Assembly: GCF_009834535.1 (NCBI RefSeq)
Contig: NC_045696.1
Location: forward strand, 18,168,001-18,232,000
Direction of reading: 5' to 3'
Source: Camelus ferus
Lineage: Eukaryota
Length of the DNA: 64,000 nt
Position numbers and translations under genes: made by a program. Position 1 is the first letter of the stretch. Every line of letters starts with the position of its first letter. The notes under the pieces were generated by a model, which saw only the letters and a list, made by a program, of their open reading frames with translations, was not told where the DNA came from and ran no database searches. This document shows positions 11,551 to 24,714 of the stretch, piece by piece.

Positions 11551-13659
11551 CTTAATTTTAGTTGTTTGGGTGTACATTTCCTTTTCATTGCAATTTGAAT
11601 TCTTATTCAAAGGCCACCACAGATTAAACAATTTCGTGGTGTCTTTTCTTGATATTTTTGAAAGTTTTCTTTGATTTCCTTAAACCTATTTCCCTTGCTT
11701 TTCTAAAATTATTTATACATATTATAAACATTTATTTTTTAATCCCTTTACAATGAGTATGTTTCTGATCTTGCTTAAGTAGTCAGAAAGCTCCCAAAGA
11801 TCAAGGGCAGAAAGTGTATCCTATTTATCACCCTGCCATTCATACCACAGAGCTAAGTCTCTTCTACCATTCCTAAAAATATGTGCTTTCATAAATTTAT
11901 AACTCTCCAGTACCTTGAAGCATTTCCATTAATTTTTGTCTCAAAATATACATTTTCTTATTTTAAAAATTTTAGTTCATTTCTTCTTTGATTTCATTCT
12001 TGATTTCTATATTAATTATTTTTATAATTTTTGCCTTGGAGGAGTCTCTTGAGACTTACTACATGAATCAGTGAGAAAAATAAATGAAAATGCCTGCATC
12101 TGAGTCTACTTACCTCATCATAATGACTGTAACATAGTAGAGAATCTACAACGGAGTTGGAGTGTTGAGTTAAATTGTTTCTAAGTTATTAATGCTGCAT
12201 CCCAGAGGATACCTACTCAGATAGTGACAGAAATTTTCAAGTTACATTTTAAAGATACATAAAAAAATTCATGTATATATTTCGTGGCCAGATCAGAGAT
12301 AATGAGAAATTATATTTATGAGTTAAAGAGTCATGTGATATTTTGCCTATCTTTTTATTTATTGTCAATTTCAATAATTTGGTAAGATCTGAATATTTCT
12401 GTATGTGCATTTGAAAATTCCACATTAGAGTGGAAAGAAGAATTTATTTCTTAAAAAGAAGTTGATATTTTTTCAATCATAAAATATTCCAAACATTTCA
12501 AATAGAATACAGCCATACTTCTAAGATACAGCATGGCTTGTTTTAAAACATAGAGATCATCAGATTTGTCACAGTAAAAGCCATCTCGGTCAACAATTCT
12601 GTTGCATTTCATGTCTATTTGCTTCTAAAAAAATAGAATATACAGTTAAATATAGTTTAAAATGACTTTTCTGATTTCCTCTCGAGTGGGAAGAAAAATA
12701 ACCTTTCATCAACAAAGAATGCCTAGCAAGTAGAAATATTGCTTATTTGGTAAAACTCTGTGAAATATTGCAACTATTCTACTGTGAACATCAATATTTA
12801 ATTTTTCTCATATGTTTTTGTTATGAGTAACTATCCAAGAAACACAATACATCAAGAGCCACTGTATTAAAAAATAGAGAACTTAAAGACTTAAGTAGCA
12901 AAAGATACAGAGCTTTGCTTTCATTTCCAACTACATTGATTCCAGTAATTACTTCATAATTTGTCTTTCTTATCAATTGCAAATGTAGATAATTAAAGAC
13001 ATAAATTTTTCTTTCACATGCAATTAAACAGAAGCAGAGTGTATTGAACAGCTCAATATTTGCCACAAATATTCAATGTTTTATACCTTATATACTATTG
13101 AAACTCTGAACAAAAATGATTTGTCAGACACATCAGTAGATTATTTCTGGCAATATGATACCCATTTTAAATTCATCTCCAATAAGTTAAGCTTATTCTA
13201 GTAGATGACAAATGGTATCACATTTAAAAATAAATAAATGAAATACAGAATTCATAGGTGAGTAAAATGTAAGTATATCTTTATAGTATACACAGATTTA
13301 GCAATACCTCTCACATAAAGATGTGCAGAATATATCATGTTAATTTCTCTGTTTTAATCATTAGAAACTGCAGACTGGTCAACAGGGACCATTCTGCAAA
13401 AAATATGTAAATCTTGATTGTTTTTGTCATTTTTTGTTTATTCTTGTCATATTATTAGTGTACCCTTTTTGACTTTGCTCATTATTTCTTTTTAGTTATT
13501 AAAGCACACATTTATTAATAAATGAATTATTCTTTCTTTCAGTGTTACTTCAAGGAAAAGAGTGTTAAAGATGAAATGATTTGTGAAAGAGAGAAAAGAG
13601 AAAAAAGTGTCTTTTTCCTTTCTTTTAGATTACTTGAGAATTTTTATTCCTTGTTTTCT

Positions 13660-14635
13660 TTTTAGGTTTTGCTTATATTTCTCATTTTGATATTTCCATG
13701 TAATCTAAAAAATGTATTATATAGTCTTGGCTCATTGCAATCAACAATAAATCAATTATTTGCCACTTAAGAAACAATGTGAGAACCTTATAACTATTCA
13801 ACTGATTAAAATTAGTCCATCCTTTGTGCAATAGGCATTAAGACAATATAATGTTTGCTGTTTAAAATAGTCTATATTGTTTTGCATTAGGCACACATTT
13901 ACTAATTCCACCAATTTTTATGCCTTCTTAGAGTTCCAAATTTCATATGAGAAGAATCCTTCAGATTGACAAATATCATTTGGTACTTTTTATAATGCAA
14001 AATAAGGACCAATGATTTCATCCTCTGTAAGTCCAAAAATAACTTTATTTTTGCTTCAATTTTTGAAGAGTATTTTAATAGGATTTAAAATCCTGGATTG
14101 GCTTTTTCTTTTCTTTTCTTTTTTTAGCACTTTGGATATCACTCTATCGTCTCTGGTTTCCATAATTTCTCTTTAAGAGTATTGTCATTACTCTTCTCAT
14201 GGCACGTGTCTTTTTGGCTGGCTGTCTTTAAGGTTGCTTGTTTCTTTCTTTGTGATTTGTTTCATTTGTTTTCTCATGTTTGCTGTAATGTGCCTAGATG
14301 TCATTTTCTCCCACATGGCATTTGATGAGCTTCTTAAGTATCTAGGTCATTTTTTTTCATCATTCTTGGAAAATTTTCAGTCATTATCTCTTCATGTATT
14401 GTTTTTGTACCACTCTTAATCCTATTCATTAGAAGCTAAAATTGCCATTTATCATACGCTTTTGTTTCTGCCAGTATCTTATACTGATTTATTTGTTGTA
14501 GTTATAGATATAGTTACAGATATACATGACCTCTGTATTTCAGATTGTTTATTTTCTATTGACCTTTCCCCATAGCAACCCTATTTTCTTTCATGTTCAG
14601 TCTACTATTAACTCATTTAATTGCTTCTTATTTTT
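13660..14635 (-). mobile_element. L1ME-like ORF1 region remnant
   Basis: 'caatttttgaagagtatttt...ttttagcactttggatatcactc...ttggaaaattttcagtcattatctcttca'. Confidence 0.7.
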
Positions 14636-14639
14636 ATTG

Positions 14640-15180
14640 TTTATTTTATTATAAACTTACACTTTTTTGCATGAATTGGGACAAATACAGAGTCATGTAA
14701 TCACCATCATCACATCAGGATTTAGAACATTTCTATCACCCCCAAAAGTCCCATTATGTTCTTGGGTAGCACACCCTCCCCTCTGCCCCAGCCCTTAGGA
14801 ACCACCAATCTGCTTTCTTTCCTTATAGCTTTGCTTTCACAGATTGCTGTTAGAACGGAAACATACTGTTTGTGTCCTTTTTATTCTGCCTTCTTTCACT
14901 TAGCATTATGCCTTAGAGCTTCCTCCGTGTTCTTACCTTTGTCTTTTGTCTTGCCTTTGTTCCTTTTTCTAGCCAAGCAGTATTTCATTGTATGAATGTT
15001 CCACAGTTCGTTTCTGCATTCACCAGTTACAGGCAATTTAAGTTCTAGTAATTATGAATAAACACTAATAAACGTTTATATATAAACTTTTTTGTGAACA
15101 TAACTTTTAATTTCATGTTGGTAAATGACTAGAATTTATGAGTTTTTTAACCTTTATAAGAAACTGACAAACTGTTAGAG
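14640..15180 (-). mobile_element. L1MB-like 3' end
   Basis: 'gaacatttctatcacccccaaaagt...aaccaccaatctgctttct...ttctttcacttagcattatg...tatttcattgtatgaatg'. Confidence 0.8.
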
Positions 15181-15734
15181 CAAAATAATTAAATGAACCT
15201 CAGCAGTCTTTGTAGAAACGATATTATTCATGGAAATATTTAATATGCTATAATGGATATGCTAGTTTATTTTGAAGCAAAAAAAAAAACCAATTATAAT
15301 TTTTGTGAACTATATTCCAGAATATAACATTATCAAAGGCAGACATTTTTGTCTTGAATCCTAGTATTTTCTCAGTACCTAGTGCTTTGCTTAGAAAACA
15401 GTAGATTTTCAATAACTAACTACTGAATGAGTGAGTATACCAATTTTATACAAGTACAAAATAAAATGTCATAAAACATATGCTAGACATACTGTGGTGG
15501 AAATTTAAGGAATGGTTGTAATAATATAAGATTATTAAATATTATTAATATGAGGTCATAGGTAACACATACTGATAGAGAAGCAGGGGGAAAATACTCC
15601 ATCTGGATAAAAGAGCATAATCAATGGCATAGAAATAAAGAAATTACCACACACAAATGATTACGCTTAAAAGAGGACTTTTGTTGGGATGAGAATATCA
15701 TATACGTAGGGAAAGACCCGAAAGCAGACTTGAC

Positions 15735-15935
15735 AATCTTGCCACTTGCCGATCCTTTGAGTTTAAGTAGTTCACTTGATTTCTCAGTGCTTCAGTTTCT
15801 TTATAAGTAAAATGAAGATCGTAATGGTGCCAAACTCAATGGGTCGTCAAGGGTATTAAATTACTTATTATATGTAAAAAGTTCCTACGACATTGTCTGA
15901 CAGACAGATTAATATAAATGTGAACAATTGTTAGT
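15735..15935 (+). mobile_element. MIR SINE
   Basis: 'ttcacttgatttctcagtgcttcagtttctttataagtaaaatgaagat' MIR core. Confidence 0.7.
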
Positions 15936-17032
15936 AAAAACCTAGTCTGATGATTATAAGGTTGACATGGCAAAAATTTATAGACTGGAACTTTTTGAGA
16001 ACAATATAAAAATTAAATTATTTCTGATCAAATGCTGAAATCAAAACACTAACTAAAGAACTAAAACAGTAATACACATTAAATTAGTGATTGAAGAAAA
16101 ACAGTACCAGAAAAAAAATAATTTAATTTTGTCATCTCTTGGTAGGATATAGAAAGAACAACTGGCCCAACTATTTCCCACTAATGAATATTGCATCAGA
16201 AGGCTATTGCCACATTTTGCAGTAATGGGAGAGGTGGGCTGTAAGGAGTCAGCAGTTCAACCTCAGAGATGATCCTGTTCAAACCTTGTGGGAAACACAA
16301 ACACGTAGTTATAATTCTTTCCCCACAAATGACTGTGGAAGTGATGATATCTAAAAAGTATTACCATTGTATATTTTACCACTTTCACATGCCTTTAGAA
16401 ATCATTCTATTAGAAATTTCTTTTGAGTGTTCAAAACAAAATAAAAAATAATCATTTAGATGCAATAAAATATTGCCTTTAAGTGTTTTTTTCCACTTTC
16501 CTCCAAAGACAGAAGGAGTTAGAAATTTTTCTAGGTTTAACAGCATGTATTGTCCAGATATTACCTTTCAAATAAACAATTTCTGAAGAAAGTCAAGGAG
16601 ACGTTGCATTTCAGTAGAGACCCATATCCAAGGTCATGAGTTTCTAATCTGAATCAGAGATCTGTTCCTCTGCTATGAAGTTTCTGCTTCCTGAGACTGC
16701 CAGAGAGTATAGAAAAGTTATATCACAACCATTATCATCCTGAACCTATTCAGATACAGCACCCTCAAAAACAAGTAAACAAATGAAAAAGACTAATAAA
16801 GAGTGTAGTTTGAAGAATACACTTTACTTTGAATGAAGACAGACATCTGTGCTTTAACTAGGTACTAAGCATAGAACAGAATTTGAACACATGTTGGGCT
16901 TCAACTGTAGACATAGCAGTTCTCTAACCTCAGAAGAGACTTCTGTCAGTAGAGGAAATGGAAAGAAAGAAATTAAAAGAGAAAATTTGTTCAAAAAACA
17001 CAGTCTAAAAAAAATCACAGATCATTCCAAAA

Positions 17033-17100
17033 GCAGTAAAACGTAACTTGGGGAATGTTACTGAAGGCAATAAAACATGACTAGGGGAACGTTACTGCAG
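17033..17100. repeat. Tandem duplication, 2 x 34 bp
   Basis: gcagtaaaacgtaacttggggaatgttactgaag / gcaataaaacatgactaggggaacgttactgcag (28/34 identical). Confidence 0.85.
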
Positions 17101-18285
17101 AGAAAAGCAAGACATAGCAAACAACAAGTCAAATAAAAAGCACACTAGTGGGAAAGATTTATCAACAATAAAATACTGATAGGCTTTTAACTTCATCTGC
17201 ATTATTTTCCTACTTAAACTGAGTCCCAGACTGATGCATAATATAGTATTTCTTTATACATTTTCCATATAAAATATTCCATAACCAGTATTTATTATTT
17301 CATCCTGGTAGATTAAAAAGAAGAATGCTGAATATTCAGAGAAGAGGCATAGTGTTGCAATACATACATTTTTACAATTAGTCTTGTGAAGGAATAAAGA
17401 CAAGAAATTCTTTGAAATTCTCAATGCAGTATAAACACTTGAACAAAAGAAGTTAAAATATGCATTTAAAAAATAACAGCAGAAAACTAGTACGAGTGGA
17501 CAGACAAGATTAAAAAACAATATATTAAATGAAAATAAATAAAATGGGAAGTAGACAAAGGCCTACTGCAATAGGAACAGACAAAGCCATAACTGTTAAA
17601 AGGAAACTGAAAACTAAAGTAATATCTTAAAATCCACAGTGAAATCAGTTTAAAAAATAGAGTATTGAAAAATCCAACTTGATGCTAGAAAAACATTAAG
17701 AGCTATCACTAGAGGCAGAGTAATAGACATGACCTTATGCTAATGAAGGGCTCATGGTTGATGTGAAGAAAGAAAAAGAGGAAGGAGAAAACATGTGTAT
17801 CTGTATCCTGATGATTGATTGATTGATGGTGGATAGATAGAGTAGATATAAAGATGGCATTTCAGAGACAGAGATACACATCTGGTCCAGATATGCATGG
17901 ATATACTAGCACATTTGGGGGGAAAATCTATCTCAGAGAATATACATTGTATTTCAGAAGAATTAAATATTTCTACATTATTTATATACAAAAAACACAT
18001 TGGCAGTAGAGTATGTGGTGGGTGTGTGTGGTTGTTTGTATGTTTACATTTATATTTATTTTTGGATCGCTACCAAAGAAAGTCACCATATGTCAAAAGA
18101 TCCACGTAATGACATAAATATGAGTAACCTCTGCCTGTGAGAAAGCAACAAAACTAAAAGGTAAACAATACATTTGGAAATATATTTATATCATCTATTG
18201 AAAAACGTCACTGTACTTTTGAATGAATAAGTACAATAAACACCAAAGAAAAAAGAGCATCATTATGGAACCGAATGAAGAGCAC

Positions 18286-18725
18286 TGTGCTAGGGAATTT
18301 CTGTTTAACACTGAGGATCCACACTCAGCCAGCTCCCCTCCACTCTCTGAGCTCTTGTCCACCACCTTCTGACTGAGAGTAGTTGATGGAAACACTGGAA
18401 GGAGACGTCAGGAGGAAAGTCTGGTTGGCGGTCATTATTCTTCTGTCTCCTTCCCTCAGGGTCTTGCAGGGATAGCTGGACATAAGGCCACAGCTTCCAC
18501 TGGCAATCCTCTCCACACAGCTCTGTTTCTGGGTTCTGGTGACAACTCTCTCCTTGTCCTTTTGGGCCTGGGTTGGAAATGCTATTCCTAGTCCTCAGAT
18601 TCTGCTCTATCCCTTGTGGTTCTCCCACACACTACCCAAACGTTTGTAAAGTTCCCCTTTATGAAATTCTCTTCAAATGTCTACTTGGGGCGTGTCCTCT
18701 ATTTTCGCTTGGGACATAAGCAAGA
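18286..18725 (+). mobile_element. LTR33-like ERVL solo LTR
   Basis: 'aggccacagcttcc...tctgggttctggtgacaactctctccttgtccttttgggcct...tttgtaaagttcccctttatgaaattctcttcaaat' resembles LTR33. Confidence 0.75.
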
Positions 18726-18759
18726 GTCAATTGACAAGTGAAGAAGCATGTGAAAAATA

Positions 18760-19460
18760 AAAGTTAAACCTAGTAATCAAATAGTCAAGTATAGCAAATT
18801 AATTTATTGTGAATTAGTTCACCTTTAAGCATTATACACATTTAAAAATTTTATGCTAGCCAGAGTTGCTGATGAAGCAGGGAAACCATTTGCTAGTAGG
18901 TATTTAAATAATTCTAAGTTCTATTTTGGTGCACTTTGGCAGTACTTATTAAGTATTTAAATACTGTATGCTAAACATTGACCCAGAAAATCTATACCCA
19001 GCACATGATGCTAATTGTGTTATGGCAACTGGATAACCAGAAGGACATTTACCTTCATAATTTAATCATAAATGCTTGAAAATTTATAACATATTAATCA
19101 CAATGTTAAGTTGGAAAGAACCTAGAGTCACTGGTTAGATAGATTTTCTATTATGATATGCATGATATAATGTTATGCTGTTGAATAACTGTAAGAAATC
19201 TTGATTGACAGGTGAATGTATAATAAATTGTTGCAATGTGAAAAGTTAGGTCAAAACTGGCATATCAACACACACACAGTATGACAACATTTGTCTAACG
19301 AGCATGCAGATAGTATGGGAAAGAAGACTAAAAGATGCAGAGAAAGAGTTAAAAAGTAAATGTGTTTGGGAGGTGTGACTGGATAACCTTCCTCCCTCAC
19401 TGAGATTTTCTGTGTCTTTTTGTTTTTGTTTTCAGCATTGAGCATATGCTAACTTGTAGT
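18760..19460 (+). mobile_element. L1ME 3' region
   Basis: 'ctttggcagtacttattaag...ttgacccagaaaatcta...ttggaaagaacctaga' old L1 3' motifs. Confidence 0.55.
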
Positions 19461-20163
19461 TTTAAAAAGCTTCAAAAATATTAATATATTTTAATATAGA
19501 ATTCTAAGTATTAATCACAAAGAAATCATGGAGATGCAAAAACAGCACATAATTTTTACATAATTAACATTTGGAAATAATCTAAATGCTCAAAAATAAG
19601 GTTTATTAAATACTCTGTATATATTTACAAAATGAAATGCAATATAGCACTTATATTTAAATTAAGTTACATGAATTGTATAAATGTAATTTAAAATACT
19701 GTATTTGATCAGTTGGGGTGAGGTAGATTTATGGATGAAGGGAGCCCAAGAGGCACAGAAACAGATACCAGAACGCACAATAATACCTAAATCAATGTTA
19801 TGAAAGTAATAGATAATTTTTATTTTGGCCTACCTACATATACTAAGCTTTTTATAATTAACACATATTGATTTTTTAATAAGAAAAGATGCTACTTAAA
19901 ATTTTACTGCATAAGTGAAGTACTCAGCATCTATAGTAAATCAAAAAATAAGTAATAGAGGATTTAATAGAGACGCTGGAGCTGGAAATCTAGGTGTCAC
20001 ATGAGACTGAGCTTAAGGCTATTGGAAAAATGGTGAAAACAAGTGCAAAGAATTAGGAAAAAAAATGGGCAAATGTAAGCACACACTAAAAAGATTATAC
20101 AAGGATTAAGTTTTATTTGATAGCAGAGAATTCAGGTGTGAATCAGGAGAATGGAAAGTCAAG

Positions 20164-21728
20164 TAACACTCCATTTACATCAATGGACGGATCATCTAGA
20201 CAGAATATCAATAAGGCAACAGTCGTCTTCAATGACACAATAGACCTATTGGACTTTATGGATTATTACAGAACATTCCATCCCAAAACAGCAGAATATA
20301 CATTCCACGGAATGTTCTCCAGGATAGACCCCAGAAACAAGTTTTAACACATTTAAGAGGATATAAATTTATATCAAGCATTTTTTTCTAATCACAACAG
20401 TTTGAAACTACAAATCAATTACAAGATGGAAAGTGGGAAAATACAAACAAGTGGAAACTAAACAATATGCTACAATAAAATAAATGGATCAAAAATCAAA
20501 GAGGAAAACAGAAACTACCTTGAGATAAATAAACAGAGAAACAAATCTTTCCAAAATCTATGGGATACAGCAAAAGCTGTTATGAGGGAGGTTTATGGCA
20601 ATGCAGGCCATACTCAAGAAAAAAGTAAACTCTCACACGACCTGAACTTCCATCTATGTGAATTAGAAAAACAAGGATAAACGAAGACCAAAGTTAGAAA
20701 AAAAGAAGTATATAATAAATATCAGAGGGAAAACGAATGAAATAGAGACAAAGAAAACAATAGAAAATACCAAGGAAACCAAGATCTTGTTTTTTAAAAA
20801 TAGAAACAAAATTGATGAGCCTTTACCATGGCTTTTTTTAAAAAAAGAGACAAGATCCAGATAAACAAAATGATAAGAGAATACTATAAAGACATATATC
20901 CCAATGAAATAGGCAGCTTAGACAAAATGGTCAAATTTCTAGAAACATACAAACTTCCAAAACTAAATCAGGAAGAAATAGATAATCTGAACAAACTGAT
21001 CACTAGGAGAGAAATACAAAGTGTAATTAAAAAAGCAAAAGAATCCCAGCAAACAAAAGTCCAACCTGGAGGGCTTCACAAAGATTTTCTAAAAACATAT
21101 AAAGATAAGATAATATACATCCTACTCAAACTATTCCAAAAAATTGAACACGATAAAACATTCCAAAATTTCATTTTTATGAGGACTCCATTACCCAGAT
21201 AACAAAACCAGAGAAAGACACTACAAAAAAAGAAAATTATAGGCCAATATCTTTGATGAATATAGATGCAAAAATCCTTAGTAAAATATTAGCAAATTAA
21301 ACCATATATATTTGTTATATATATATAATATATGTTATATATATTACATATATAATTATATATATATATAAAATACACTAAGATCAAACGGGATTTATCA
21401 CAATGATGCTAGGATAGTTCAATAACCACAAACCAGTCAATGTGATACTCCACATTAACAAAAGAATAGATGAAAATCACATGATAATCTCAATTGATAC
21501 AGAAAAAACATTTGAGAAAATTCAGCATCCATTCATGATAAAAACTCTCATCAAAATTGGTATGAGAAAACATATCTCAACATAATAAAGCCCATTTATG
21601 ACAAACTCACAGCTAATATCATACTCAACAGTAAAAAGCCAAAAGTTTTTCTTTTAAAACCAGGAGCAAAATAAGGATGTTCACTCTTACCACCTCTGTT
21701 TAACATAGTACTGGAAATCCTAGTCACG
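20164..21728 (+). mobile_element. Younger L1 ORF2 internal fragment (endonuclease C-terminus to start of RT), frameshifted
   Basis: Peptides NTPFTSMDGSSRQNINK..YRTFHPKTAEYTF..HGMFSRID, MVKFLETYKLPKLNQEEIDNLN, 'aaagaaaattataggccaatatctttgatgaatatagatgcaaaaatc' ([16 protein letters not shown]), and GCSLLPPLFNIVLEIL at the end. Confidence 0.97.
21304..21371. repeat. Degenerate (TA)n expansion inside L1 ORF2
   Basis: Visible directly. Confidence 0.9.
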
Positions 21729-21889
21729 CTTCACACTTAGTGAAGACCAAGAAAAATAACAAAGACAAGTCATATCTAGGGAGAACCCCCAAAGAATGTC
21801 TCAGCATATATATACTTCTCTAAAGTATTATGGCTTTGAATTATTTGATTAGCATTTTTTCGTGTGTCTGAGGGAAAGGAAAACAGTAT

Positions 21890-22540
21890 TATATGTTACT
21901 TCACTGGTTGAAAGACACACATTCTGACACATTTCAACATCTCTGAAATTATAATTCATTTTGTCATCACAGTAGGGTTTTCATAGGCATGATGTAGATG
22001 TTATGACCTGCTTGTATATGTACAAAAACTGGTAAAATGGGTGAGTCTTGGTAAGAACCTTCAGAGACAAGAAGTAAGCACTCTAATAATTTTGCAACAA
22101 CACTTCTGAAGGCACAGTGGATGACGTCATGTGAAGAATACAAATACTGATAACTCTGAATCAAAAAGTGCTTCAAATATACATTCCTACACGACTGAAG
22201 TGCTGTACACTGGAAATTGACACATTGTAAATTGACTATACTTCAACAAAAATATATAAAAAGTACTGCAAAAGAGTTTAATTCTCAAAATGAAGTTTAG
22301 GAATACCTTAACTAATTAATTTCACTCATCATTTCCTTCTTTGTAATCTCAGGAGTAATATATGCTAAGCATTTCACTAACGAAGATGGGTTAGATATTT
22401 CAAAAAGGATACAATTTTTAGGATGCTATGAAAAATTCTATCTTGGTTCGTTTGGGAGAATTTTTTTTCTGCATTTTTAATGCATAAAATAATGATGTGT
22501 TTTAGAATGGCTGAAATGATGGATTTTAATGAATATTATA
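21890..22540 (+). mobile_element. Tigger13/Tigger12-like TcMar relic
   Basis: Start 'aagacacacattctgacacatttcaacatctctgaaat'; end 'aaaataatgatgtgttttagaat...gattttaatgaata' resemble recalled Tigger13a termini. Confidence 0.6.
22178..22257 (+). mobile_element. 80-bp 5'-truncated L1 3' tail with 15-bp TSD
   Basis: 'gactgaagtgctgtacactggaaattgacacattgtaaattgactatacttcaa' is an L1 terminus; TSD aaaaagtgcttcaaa (22163-22177) / aaaaagtactgcaaa (22258-22272). Confidence 0.85.
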
Positions 22541-23008
22541 CAAAGTAATTAAATGATTTTGAATAATTATTATTCATGCCTAGAGATAAAAAACAAAGAC
22601 AATGAAATCAATTAAACTAGCTTCCTTTAAGATAACTTACATTTTTTTCCTCCACAAAAAGGTCATTCATGATGTTGAGTTAAGAATGACTAAGATATTC
22701 TAAAGTCACTTGTATATAGAATCACTAATATTACACACTATATGTTATCAGTAAAACTTTTTTTGCTGCCATGCTTTTGTAATTCCTACCACCACCTTTT
22801 AAACAACGTAAAAGCAAATTTCAAACTGTAGTGAAGATGCAGTTATGTAAAGTTCTGTTACTTTCAAAGCATGAGCTAGTAAGTCTTGGCTTGCAAATAT
22901 CCCTTGCAATATCAGAGATGATACATTCTTAAACCAATACATTTGGGTTACATCACAAGGGAAAGAGTAATCATAATGCTACAATAATTTTCAGATAAAG
23001 AATTTCAA

Positions 23009-23070
23009 ATATATATACATATATATGTGTGTGTATATATATATACATGCACACATATATATGTATGTAT
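23009..23070. repeat. (TA)/(TG) microsatellite
   Basis: Visible directly. Confidence 0.85.
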
Positions 23071-23479
23071 TGATAGCCATGAACTCATTCAAAGCCCAGG
23101 GAAAAGCTGAGTGATATCAAGCAGTTGATAACTGCAGATCAACCAAAGTTAACACCTCATTGTTCCTGAGACAATGAGGACTTGCTGTTGACTCTGACAG
23201 GCCCACTGACATTAGCTCTAACAAGACCACATTTCAGGGCAGTCGCATTGGACTGCGAACTGAACTGCTGCCTGATCATAGTCCTTGAGAGGGGGAGATG
23301 AGATTCACGCCATGGGATACTGTACAGACAGGCAATGAGTGGTTACTGCTTCAATGAGATGGAGTAGACATGGCTTATTCCCTCCATATTCTTCTCTAAA
23401 TTGCATTTGTCTAAAATATACCACTATTTCAAACAAATAAAAACAGAGCCCAAAATATGTTTTCTGCACTGAGATAGAG

Positions 23480-24240
23480 TCTATGAGGGGGATAAGGAGT
23501 GCATATATTGTTTCCATTCCCTCATGGAGCTTGGGAAAATATATGCACCCCAGTGCTCTCTTTTACTGACTCAGCAGTGTTGCACTTCGTACCCACAATT
23601 TAACTGGGGAAGCAAGATACACACAATTAATCATACACTTGAATAAAATTTATATGCTCAAATGAGTGATGCTGACAGGAACCACTGTAAGGATTTTACA
23701 GAATAAAGATTCCAATGTATGTTTCACAAGAAAGCTTGGATTTGAGTTCAGCCATAACTGATGAGATGGTTGGAAGGGTGATGACAAGGGAGGATTTCAA
23801 GCAGCAGGAAATGAAATGAAGTCATGAAAATATGGAAAACCATTGTATGTTATGAATTCCAAGAGATAACTCCTCTTAAAGTAGTCATTTGTAACTTAGA
23901 ACCAAATGTCAAAAAATTAGGGAGGGATAGAGTTTGGCAAATAGAGTGATAAAAACTGTGAGAGACTTGAAAATCAATGATTTTATCTCACTACATTTTA
24001 TTCAAGATGTCAAGAATTTTATATTACCATGGTTGTGGCTGGTTGATGAATGTGAAGATAGTGACTCCTCAGTTGTGCCAAAAGAAAGAAAGAAAATCCA
24101 AGGAGATAAAAACTATTTTTAATAAGTCACAAGCCCTGACATTTAAGAGCTAGGATTTTAAACCAGGCAATGTTGGTAAAGTTGACTGTAAAATGCTGGT
24201 ACTTGAAAAAGAGAAATTAAGAAACAGGATGAGGGAATCC
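23480..24240 (-). mobile_element. L2 remnant
   Basis: 'tccattccctcatggagctt', 'aagcttggatttgagttcag', 'atttcaagcagcaggaaa' antisense L2-like; highly degraded. Confidence 0.5.
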
Positions 24241-24459
24241 ACGCCACATAGATTTACTAAATACCAGGTCAAGTCGTTTACTTACTCTTCACTACTAGTT
24301 TCATTGATCAAACTTTTGGAAAATTACAAAAGTGGAACTTGCTTTTCTTGAACTTACCTACAGCAAAACTTATCTCACTGTAAGTGGGTATATTGCTTAT
24401 ATATTGCTTGTGATCCCAATAGCTTTGTATTAGTAAAGCAAATGTTAGTAAATGTATTA

Positions 24460-24714
24460 TTATGTTATTGGACCATCTTAATTCAAGTACTTTCCCGTTT
24501 TATTTCAAATCACCTCCAGCCGTTTCAAAGATGCTGCTGCTGCATGGTCAGAAGTCTGTCCCAGGGTCAGAATATCTAGATTTAAACAAGATAGAGACTT
24601 CTGCTTCAGTAGGCAGGCCTCCACCCCTTTTCAGCAGGAAGAAGCCACAGAAAATGGAGACTTCCATCCATTTCCCCAAGAAAATTCTTGAGTATGAAGT
24701 CTCTCAGGGGGAAG
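24460..24714 (+). pseudogene. env: ERV1 env C-terminal remnant + 3' internal region + polypurine tract
   Basis: Frameshift-corrected reading IGPS*FKY/SRFISNHLQPFQ/KMLLLHGQKSVP resembles gammaretrovirus-like TM tail (GPC..L.RFIS.RL..FQ.KMLL.QG); then 'cagcaggaagaagcc' and PPT agggggaag (24706-24714). Confidence 0.7.

Noticed and set aside
20117..21202. ORFs of 76 and 124 aa as host genes
   Set aside because: They are frameshifted pieces of L1 ORF2
21728..22257. The 80-bp L1 tail as the missing 3' end of the 20164-21728 L1
   Set aside because: It has its own 15-bp TSD and sits inside a much older Tigger-like relic
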